Below, piece by piece: positions 10,912-20,580 of a stretch of DNA of 20,580 nucleotides. A program made the position numbers and the translations under genes. Under the pieces are notes generated by a model. The model did no database searches and had not been told where the DNA came from. It was given only the letters and a program-made list of their open reading frames with translations. The DNA comes from Neocallimastix sp. 'constans' (lineage: Eukaryota): assembly GCA_050613775.1 (NCBI GenBank), contig JBODTK010000106.1:558001-578580 (forward strand), read 5' to 3'. The first letter of the stretch is position 1. Every line of letters begins with the position of its first letter.

Positions 10912-12024
10912 CTATTAAACTAGTTTCATTTTCATATTTCAATTCAGGACATGCAATTTTTATTATATGCAATATTAGTATTATTAATTGGAATACTAAG
11001 TAAGATATTTTTCTGAAAATTTTTATTATTTTTATAAATATTTTCTTTTAAAATTTTATATTCTTTTAAATTATAAATTTCATTATTATTAATTATTCAG
11101 TTATTTTTGAGTAAAATATAAATTCCATTCGAGTTTTCAATTTCATTTAACTTAATTTCATCATTAATTTATCTTTTTCAACTTCATTATTTTCTTCTGA
11201 GTAGTCAATCTTTATATATATTATTATTTTAAATATAATTATTATTTTCAATTAAATTTATTTTAAAGTAGTTTTATCATAATTATTATAGTTTCTTGAA
11301 TTTTCTAAACAATTCATGGATTTCTTCTCTTGATGCTGGTTTGCCTCCCTTTGTTGCTATTATTTTGATTTTTTAAAATTAATTTCTCTATTTTAGAGAT
11401 TAAAATAACGTTCCTTTGTGGAAAATCCGTTCAAATCACATATATAACAATAACTTTTATTATCTCTTTTTATATCTATATTTATTTTTCTTATTGATAT
11501 TGAAATTAGATGAATTTTTATTTAATTTTAGAGCCTTTTTCCTATTGCTAAATAAATCAATATCCATAGAATCTTCATTTTTCTCTTTAGAGTCATCCCA
11601 ATTTTCAACATATGACCTTTCTAATATAATTCTTTTAAGAGTTTCCAAGTATTTAACTCCATATCAGCATTATTGTTACCGTGTTTTCCCATGAGTCTTT
11701 CCATAATATGATAAGCTATTAGTTTGACGACTAATCTCTTTTAATACATTTTCATCAGCATTTTTATTAATCATTAATATCAATTTGGCATCAATCTTCT
11801 AAGCCTCTTTAATAATTATTTTTTTGGTTCTCTTATCCAATAACGGATTTAGAACATTATTGTTAACAACAGGTGGTGTATTATTGATTGTTAACATAAA
11901 TTTATGCAAAATATTACTAATTTACATAAAACATTAATATAAATGCTTGTTAATAAATATTATATAATAAATAAATATATAAAATAATATGAGTAAATAT
12001 AGTATAATTATTAAGTAATTATCA
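10742..12024 (-). mobile_element. Decayed Ty1/copia fragment A: LTR-like start, gag remnant with degenerate zinc knuckle, possible LTR-like end
   Basis: The minus strand reads, across stops and frameshifts, KEA*KIDAKLILMINKNADENVLKEISRQT / AYHIMERLMGKHGNNNADME / YLETLKR..SMDIDLF, then CYICDLNGFSTKER (11408-11449) with CX2CX4HX4C spacing. 11887-11928 matches the LTR-like region of fragment C. Boundaries are tentative (TGATAATT..AATTTCA; no TSD seen). Confidence 0.7.
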
Positions 12025-12044
12025 CTTTTTATAATTATAATTGC

Positions 12045-12172
<128 letters not shown>

Positions 12173-12199
12173 TAGTGATATGAATTATATTAATTTATT

Positions 12200-12375
12200 A
12201 TTATATTTTAGAGTACTTTCAAAATTATTTATATTCAAGTTATTATTAAATAAGGTTTGTTATAGTTCAAAATTATTCATTCAAATTATGAAATAAAGCT
12301 TGGTTTTGTTCAAAATTATTTTTATGAAAATTATTATTAATTAAAATTTGATTAATATTATAATAATTTTTATTT

Positions 12376-12432
<57 letters not shown>

Positions 12433-13440
12433 ATCATTTTTATTAATAAAAAACCTGAAATTTTTATTTTTTGAAATGTTTTGATCATTTTAATTATAGT
12501 AATTTTTATAAAAATTATTATTTAAGTTATTGCGTAAAAATTTTAACTATTGCTGATATTTTGATAATCCTTTGTTTCTTTTAAGTTATAAAAATTCTGG
12601 TTCAATTTCTATCTTATCTTCATCAGAATTATTGTTTAAATTTGATTTTTGAAATAAAAAATTAGCATCGTTTGATTGATAATTAAAATTTTAATTATTG
12701 TCATATATTATACTTATTAAGCTATTATGATTTGTTGGTTGTTTATTGTTAATAAAGTTAAAGTTAAAGATATTACTATATGATAATTCACTTAATTATA
12801 TTTCAGAAGGTGATATAGGTGGTATATTAGCTGGTTCGTTTTCAATAAACCGAATTTCTCTGACATGATACATTTTATAATTTTTATAATCCATAATAAA
12901 ATAATATTAAGATTGTTCATCGAATCCAAGAAATATTCCATTATTAGTATGTGACTCGAATTTTCCTTTGTCTTTGGAATAATCTTTATAATTTGTTATG
13001 AAATCAAATATTTTAATATATTTTAAACTAACTTTTTTATTGTAAAATACTTCTTCTAGTATTTTATTAATAATAAAACTATGTGGTAATTTTAAATTCA
13101 TATTTTCTAAAGCTTTTAATATAATTTTATATTATTTTCCTTTAATTCGTCAATATATTTATTATTCATTCTTGCCATTTCTACTTTATCTATTTCCATT
13201 GGGTCATCTTGATGATAGCAATTTGCAGTCTTTTTCTTCTTCTTGAGAAGCTAATCATGTTTAACTTTTTTGCTTATCTTATTGTACATATTTGTTGTAC
13301 TCGTATCTTCGTCAATATTTAAATAGTTTCTGAAGTTTTAGAACATTGATTTATGCATATATTTTAATTTTTCTCTATTAGAGATAATTTATTACTTTCC
13401 CTTTAAAGTTTCAATTATACTAAACATTTCTTCAAGTACA
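12200..13440 (-). mobile_element. Decayed Ty1/copia fragment B: gag remnant joined to integrase C-terminal SH3-like region and Asn-rich linker
   Basis: Minus strand: VLEEMFSIIETLK..NREKLKYMHKSM..DDPMEIDKVE (gag-like), then LEEVFYNKKVSLKYIKIF..KGKFESHTNNGIFLGFDEQS*YYFIMDYKNYKMYHVREIRFIENEP. This matches the copia post-integrase pattern K.K......GIFLGY....Y.........SRDV.F.E. Boundaries are approximate. Confidence 0.8.
12378..12431. repeat. Poly(T) run of about 54 nt inside copia fragment B (a similar 39-nt run lies at 10871-10909 in fragment A)
   Basis: Read directly. Confidence 0.95.
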
Positions 13441-13449
13441 TATTAAAAC

Positions 13450-14315
13450 TAAATTATAATTGAACTCTACGTTGATGATATGGCTATTGCTGGAGAAACA
13501 AAATACATCATAAATAAAGTATTAAAGTGAAAAAACAAAATAATAGTTACATAATTTCTCAGAAAGGTTTTATTGAAATTATGCTAGATAAGTTCAACAT
13601 AAACAAAACTCAAAAAAGAAAAACACTTTACACAGGAGACAACATAAATGAAAATAAAAAACCATTCGACAAAGCAAAATATAAAAGTGCAATTAAATCT
13701 CTAATCATCAAAATGTAAAAGACTGAAATTTCATTTGCTATAAATAAAGTTTCCAGGAAAAGTGAACAACCAACAAATTCAGACTGGATAAAAGTAATAA
13801 ATACTTTAAAATATATATATAGTACAAAAAATTATTAAATTAAGTACTTCAGAAAGTATCAAGAGAACACTATGATTAAATATCATTATTAAAGAAATAT
13901 TAAATAAGAAATTAAATGTAAAAATCTATATTGATAATCAGGCAAGTAAATGTAAAAGTATCAAGAGAACACTATGATTAAATATCATTATTAAAGAAAT
14001 ATTAAATAAAAAATTAAATGTAAAAATCTATATTGATAATCAGGCAAGTAAATGTATCATGGAAAATGGTGAAATTAATACATAATTAAAGCATATCAAT
14101 AAATATAATATCATATTAATAATTATTAATAGTAATATAATATGAAAATTAGTATTATTTAATTTATGTTAACAATTATTGTATTTTGTGTAACGTGAAT
14201 ATATGCAGCAAATATATTCACGTGATATATATTCTATATAAAATATCATTAATGTAGTATCCACTTCTCTCCTTGCTAAACATAATATTTATGCATTATT
14301 AATAAATAAACAACA
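13450..14315 (+). mobile_element. Decayed Ty1/copia fragment C: RT (YVDD), RNase H remnant and putative 3' LTR
   Basis: LYVDDMAIAG (YVDD at 13468-13479), YIISQKGFIEIMLDKFNI, KYKSAIKSLI, EISFAINKVSRKSEQPTNSDWIKVINTLKY and RNase H IYIDNQASKCIMENGEINT*LKHIN, broken by stops, frameshifts and deletions. It is followed by non-coding sequence ending AATAAATAAACAACA (14315), like an LTR 3' end. Confidence 0.88.
13853..14056 (+). repeat. 102-bp tandem duplication (13853-13954, 13955-14056) within the copia RNase H remnant
   Basis: Two adjacent copies starting AAAGTATCAAGAGAACAC and ending GGCAAGTAAATGTA. One mismatch seen (TAAGAAATT vs TAAAAAATT). Confidence 0.97.
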
Positions 14316-14325
14316 TATATCATCA

Positions 14326-14327
<2 letters not shown>

Positions 14328-14396
<69 letters not shown>
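14328..14396. repeat. (ATT)n microsatellite preceded by a few (ATC) units
   Basis: Read directly; just downstream of the putative 3' LTR end of fragment C. Confidence 0.95.
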
Positions 14397-14789
14397 TATT
14401 TATTTACTAATTTATTTATTTATTTATTTATTTTTTTTTTCTCATGAAAATTAAGATTATTATTAATAGTAATTTTAAATATAGAACTTAACATAAAATT
14501 ATGATGATTCTCAATAGTTTTTATTTATTATATAATTTTGTAAATTGTCAGATGATATTTTTTTTTCGTTAATCAATTTTTGTTTTGATTTTTAGTTTTA
14601 ATTAAAAATTTATTTTTATATCAGAAGAAAATTTTAATTATACTGGTGTTATAAAAATTAAATAGTAATCAGAAGTGAAAGCGTTTTTTTTTTTTCAGAT
14701 TTTATTAATAACTTATATTATATATATATATATATAAACAAAAAAAAAAAAAAAAAAAAAATTTATTATTATAAACAATAAAAATAGAT

Positions 14790-14872
14790 GAATTGTACAA
14801 GTACTGAATTAACTTGCAAGGTTTTCTCACAGATAAACAGAACAGGGCGGGTTTAAACAAGATTGATAGTTC
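14790..14872 (+). promoter_or_regulatory. Locally GC-richer patch with GGGCGGG box (14845-14851), about 125 nt upstream of the predicted protease ATG; candidate promoter
   Basis: Composition contrasts with its flanks and the position fits a promoter. No functional evidence. Confidence 0.35.
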
Positions 14873-14976
14873 ATATTAAAAATAAAATATTATAATTTAT
14901 TATAATTCAACTTTTTAAAATCCACAAGAGTTCAAAATATCTTTTTAAAAAAAATTTATTTATTTAATAAATAAAG

Positions 14977-16321
14977 ATGTCAGAAAAAGAATCAGCTGAG
15001 TCATTAAAAACTGGTGATCCTGTGCCTATAATTGTACCAGGAAGACGACCGACTGAACCAAACAATGATAAAAAATTTTTTTCTCCTAATCAAAAAAAGA
15101 AAAAAAAAAGTAGTAGTATTGGATACTCTCCTATAAATAATTTAAATGGTTAGTAATAAAAAATCCAAATAATTAAAGAAAAAATTTATATAAAAAAAAA
15201 AGTCAATCAAGAATTTTATAATATTTTAATAGTAATTATAAATAAATTTATTTCTTAATTAAATAATCATTTCAAATTTGTTCTTAAAAAAATTTTTTTG
15301 TACAAAAATTATTTATTATTATTATATTATTATAATTATAATTATAATTATAATTATAATTATAATTATAATTATAATTATAATTATTATTATTAATATT
15401 ATAATTACTTGATTTATTATTAATGTTTTAAACATAAATAATCTAATTGTAATTAAAAAGCTGTATCATAAATAATTTTATTTTCAGCATAATAAATAAA
15501 TATAATAATATATTGGCATAATATATATTTAATCTAATAGATTATAAGTATATTCAATATTAATTTTTATTTTTATTTAATAAACATTATAACAGATTCT
15601 TTAAGAAATAATAAAACAATCCGTCAAGAAAGTCCTTTTGATTTACACTTAGATTTACAAGAAAAAAAGTATAAAGAAAAAAATCCGAGGTTAATTAAAT
15701 CCATAAATTTGAAAAAAAGATTTCTTAATGAAAAAGAAAAAACAATTCACCAACCGAGGTTAACTAAATCAAAAAATGAAATTAATAAAATTCATTTAAG
15801 CCAAAATGGGAGTTTTGTTAATCTTGATACAGATAAATCATCAGCTGAAATAAATAGTAATTATGAATAATGCAATAATTTTTGACCGTTATATTTTTTT
15901 TTTAACTATTTTTTCATTTTAAATATTAATATTTAATATAATATAATAATAATAATAATAATAAATTATTCCATTTAAAATTAGGATTATTTTGTGAAAG
16001 ATTAAAAAGGGAAAAGGAAGTAAGTATTCCAATTTACATCTTTATTATTAGTTTATAATTACCTTTTTAATTATTTCAATATTAAAATTTATAATTAATA
16101 TTTCTTATTTTTGTTCTCATTGTTATTATTTCTTTTAAATTATTTTATTTTATATTTATTTTATGTATATAATAAATTTATATAAATTAGAAAGAAGAAA
16201 AGAAAGGAAAAAAGATATTATTTATTAACGAAGATAGAGATGAAAATAAAAGTAATAAATTAAATAATATTAATAACTATAGTTTATATTTGTATATATT
16301 AACAATTTATTTATTAAATAA

Positions 16322-16352
<31 letters not shown>

Positions 16353-19300
16353 TATAATCTCAGATTTTACAGGAAATAAATCAGATATTATAGAAAAAAA
16401 AAATTTAGAAAAAAAAATTTTAGAAAAAAAGAATAGTAGTGAAATAAATACTGATAGAGATAGTAGTAATAACAATATATATAATCATCCTACTAAATCA
16501 ATGATTAATAATAACGTAAATCATTCATTAATGAAAGTTGGACAAAAGTAGATAAAAATTCATACATTCATATATATTCATATCAATTACTTCATTATTA
16601 TTTTTTTTTAAAATATATATATGCATATATATTCAAAAATAACTAATAAATATGTATGCATTTATAATTATTAAATAATTAAAACTAATTAGGCGATTTG
16701 TTGATCTTATTAATAAGCCATTATTAAATGGAAAAAATGAAGAGTTTGTATTTTTATTGGATAATAAAAATGAATTTTGAAAAAATAATTTATTTTTTTT
16801 TAACATATTATTATATTACTATTTAAAATATAGATTACTTATTTATCCATTTAAAGGAATTGATTCTGTAATTATTACAACCGAAGATGTAGAAAGATTA
16901 AAATCTAATTTTTTTTTAAATGACAGTATAATTGAATTTTATTTAAAGTAAGAAAAAAATTATAATTATAGTTATAATTATAGTTATAATTATAGTTATA
17001 ATATTTTAGAATTATTATTGAATGATTATAAATATATCATTAATACTAAATAATAACCATTCATTAGATATCTTTATAATCATTTACCTCCTACTTCTAA
17101 AGAAAAATTTCATTTTATTAATTCTTTTTTCTTTGAGCAAATTTCAAGATTGAGGTAATATAATAAGAAATATTTATATTATTAATAAATAAATTTTAAT
17201 ACTAATATTTTATTATTATTATCACCGTTATTATTTCATTTATTTATACTATAAACTTTAAAATATGAATATTTGTGTAGTAAAAAGGAAAAAACACCCA
17301 AAGAAATTTATCAAAGTATTAAAAAATGGACATCTAAAGTAGATTTATTTAAAAAACGATATCTAATGATACCTATTAATAAAGAGTAAAATATTTTTAT
17401 TTATTATTTTTAAATATAATAATTTCTGTAATATAATATTATAAATTTTTATATTATGAAACTATGAATAATAATTAACAATTCAAAAATTAATATAAAT
17501 ATATATATTATTAAAATTTAATATAATTAAACTTTATTAAATTATAATAGTTATCATTGGCATATGTTAGTAATTTTCAATCCAGGAGCATTATTAAATG
17601 AAAAGAAAATTGATAATAAAAGAAATAAAAATGAAAAGAATGATTCGATATGTCAAAATGATGATATTCAAAAAGATAAAAATAAAATTCCCACTATGCA
17701 AAACAGTATAAACAGTAATCAAAAGTTAAATATTTCAAAAAATTATTCTAATCAATCATCTTCATCTTCAAATTCAATATCAAATATTTTTTCAAAAAAT
17801 TATCAAAGTATTGATTCAAATGAATTGTCAACTGATTTACCGAGTTGTGATAAAGTTTCATCTATTATTTCATCAGAATCATCTAATATTTATGAAAAAG
17901 AAATGGATATTTCTGATTCAAACAGTAATAATAACAATAATAATTATAATGTGTTGAATCGAAATTCAGAATTACCAGTATCACTTTTTAATTCAAATTC
18001 TTCCCTAAATTTAAAATACATTCATCCATCAATGAAAAATAATGAATTAAAAAATTTTACGAAAAAAGATAAAACGGTTATGTTTGAAAATAATAAAAAA
18101 CGTGATAGTCAATCAATTCAAAATTCAATTAATTTAGTAAATAAAATAATGTATCCATTAAAAGAAAATTTTATAAATATAGAAAGTAATTCAAGTGAGA
18201 ATAATTATATTGATAAAAAAATTGATAATAGTATCGTAATTGAAGATCCATCAACATCTTCATCCTCTATTTCATCTCCGGCACTATCGTCAGCTGTATC
18301 AACAGAATCAACAACTATCTTACAGCATGCTAAAAAAAATGATAATAATTTTAAACTTAACCGTATTAATAATAAATTAGATATTGAGAAAAATGTAAAA
18401 AGTACACCGAGTTTTGGTACGATTAACGAAAACGATATAAAATCAAGCATCGAAAAGAATAATAATGAAATTGTTATAATTGATGAAGATGAAAATAATT
18501 CACCTTTAGATAATAATATTTATATCGATGATAGTATTTTAGATAATGATAATAATAATGATAAGTCAGTAAATGAAGAAAATAATAAAGAGAACAGTGA
18601 TATTTACTACAAGGGAAAATTAATTTTGGAGGATATATTGAAAGAAAATACTCAAGAAATTGCAACAAAAGAAAAAGAAAAAATTAATTCAAATTTTTTT
18701 GAAAAATCAATAGAAATTTCATCCACAGAATCATCACCATTACTAAAAGAAAGAAATTTTAAACCTCTAAATAATAATGATATGAAAGAAAAAGGTTCAA
18801 ATAATGAAAAATATGAAAAGTTGAAACAAAATAAACAAATGGATATTAATAATTTAAAAGATAATAGCAGTGAAAATAAAAATGAAATTAAGGACAAAAA
18901 TAGGAATGGAAACGAAAATGTAGATAAAAATGAAAACAAAAGCGAAATTGAAATAGAATTTAAAATTGAAAATAAAAATAATAATAAAAATAATAATAAA
19001 ATTGAAAATGAGAATAAGAATAAGAAAGAAAATGAAAATGAAAATATTGATTCAAGCATTTTTAATTTAGAAAAAGATGATTCTATTCTTATTGATAATA
19101 GCAATATTCTAAATTATAGTAATAACTTTTCTTCAAATGATGATAACAATGAAAATGAAAATAATAGTGAAAATAATTCTGATATAAGTAATGTTAGTGA
19201 ATCATCTACCGCATCTTTTTCAAGTCCTTCAATTGTTCTTTATTCAAGAATATTAAATAATGAACTTTATGTAAATAATAATTATAAAATGAAAATTAAA

Positions 19301-20416
19301 AATAATAAATATATGAAAGAAAATGTTGAAATTTCAAATCAAAGTATTATAGATAATAATAATTATGATGATGATGATGAAAATGTTGACGATAATGATA
19401 ATGATGATGATGATGATATGGAAATAGAAAGGGAAATTAAAAATGTTTATAAAATACCGAAATTTACTAAACCAATTTATTATCCAGAATTATCAAATTC
19501 CAGAGAAGATACAGATTTTTCTTCAGTCACACCGAGTTCTCGCGAAAATAAATTTATATTTTCTTCTCCCACTTTTCCGAGTTCTAATCAAAAAAATGAA
19601 GTATCTTCTATTTTACCGAGGTCTCATAAAACAAGTAATGAATTTAATATTAATATACAGAATACTGATGAATCAAAAAAATCCTCAGTTGATTTATCAA
19701 GTTCACAAAATATTCTTTCACCAACTACTTCTTCAAAACTTAAACTTATAATCGAAAAAGATCATAATATTAATTTATCTTCACAATCTTCAGTTTCAAA
19801 TGATATAGATGATATTGCACAATTATCGAATCAATATGAAAAAAGAAAAGATATCTTAGATGAAAAGAAAAATGGTAATTATAAAAATTGTGATAAAAAA
19901 GAGGAAAGTTTTAATAGTTCTTATAAAGAATATCAAAGTCAATTAAATGGATGTTATCATTTTGACAAAAATGATAATAATAATAATAGTAAAAGTAGAG
20001 ATGATAAATCACATTTAATTAAAAATAATGAAGAGCATAATAAAAACCATGATATAAAATCTGTAACTAGTACAACTACGACTTCTGGAATCTGTCCACA
20101 AAATTCAAAAATTTATCTTAATACACCCACACCATATAAATTTTTGATTAATACTCGAATAGATAGTTCTTCTTTTCAATTAAATCCTAAAGAATTAAAT
20201 AGTAATAATAAAAGACCTTTAAATAATGATATATTTAAGAAGTAAGATGAAATAAAATAAAATAAAATAAAATATATAAAATATATAATAAAATATATTT
20301 CAATAACATAAATTAATCTTTGTTTTTTGATTTAAATATAATAGATGTTATTTCATAATATTCGATTCATTAGCTTATACACCTCAGCATATTCATGTTA
20401 TTAAAGCTATTAGAAA
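14977..20416 (+). CDS. ULP2: Ulp2/SENP6-7-like SUMO-specific protease (peptidase C48), spliced, 3'-incomplete. Exons: 14977-15148, 15596-15856, 15985-16019, 16191-16251, 16364-16547, 16693-16743, 16834-16947, 17068-17154, 17281-17385, 17551-20241, 20345-20416
   Basis: Manual splicing at GT..AG sites gives one phase-consistent frame of about 1277 codons. C48 motifs occur in order: LLIYPFKG..ITTEDVERL..FLNDSIIEFYLKYL, FHFINSFFFEQI, IKKWTSKVDLFKKRYLMIPIN, YHWHMLVIFNPG (catalytic His, 17555-17557), CYFIIFDSL (catalytic Asp, 20364-20366). The QxNxxDCG catalytic Cys exon should lie beyond the window. Exons 7-11 are well supported by motifs; exons 1-6 rest on frame and splice signals only. Confidence 0.88.
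15331..15387. repeat. (TATAAT)n hexamer repeat in intron 1 of the protease gene
   Basis: Read directly. Confidence 0.9.
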
Positions 20417-20580
20417 GTAATTATAAATAAATAATAATTAAAAATCATTTATAAATTATTATATATTTCATATTATTTAATATTTAATTATTATAAATAA
20501 ATAAAAAATAAAAAAAAGTAAAAAAAAATAAAAATAAAGATAAAAATTAAATAATCAAATTATATATAAAAAATAACCTA

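Noticed and set aside
10736..11694. ORFs 10736-10972, 10749-11003 and 11416-11694 as host genes
   Set aside because: They are held open by a homopolymer run or are antisense to the gag remnant, and all lie at or within decayed TE sequence.
12218..12340. CRISPR-like repeat-spacer array
   Set aside because: Eukaryotic context, only a 12-nt anchor, 'spacers' similar to each other, and no cas genes.
13853..14056. TGA at a conserved Trp position as evidence of an alternative genetic code
   Set aside because: It occurs only in a frameshifted, dead element. The host genes use TGG for Trp.
14501..14807. C/D snoRNA (ATGATGA at 14501, CTGA at 14804)
   Set aside because: The boxes are about 300 nt apart with homopolymers between them and no terminal stem.
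18205..19751. ORFs 18205-18450, 18474-18668, 18652-19104 (minus) and 19443-19751 (plus, alternative frame)
   Set aside because: They are antisense or off-frame shadows of low-complexity exon 10, with no recognisable motifs.
17564..20245. 893-aa ORF as a standalone gene
   Set aside because: It is exon 10 of the spliced protease. The ATG is internal (HWHM), and the stop lies inside the GTAAGA donor at 20242.

Overview
Extremely AT-rich, intron-rich eukaryotic DNA. The composition, long homopolymers, (ATT)n tracts and short GT-AG introns are most consistent with an anaerobic gut fungus (Neocallimastigomycota); this is inferred from style, not from a search. There are two divergently oriented host genes. 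The first is an intronless 1900-aa CAP-Gly plus long coiled-coil microtubule-binding protein on the minus strand (832-6534). The second is a plus-strand Ulp2/SENP6-7-like SUMO protease (peptidase C48) with at least 11 exons, starting at 14977 and running off the window end. In my hand-spliced model its catalytic His and Asp are about 900 residues apart, separated by a low-complexity insert carrying several SIM-like motifs. This is the most unusual feature of the window. The intergenic region holds three decayed, internally deleted Ty1/copia fragments (gag with a dead zinc knuckle; gag fused to the integrase C-terminus; RT/RNase H/LTR), a 102-bp tandem duplication and several simple repeats. 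No RNA genes or CRISPR arrays were found.
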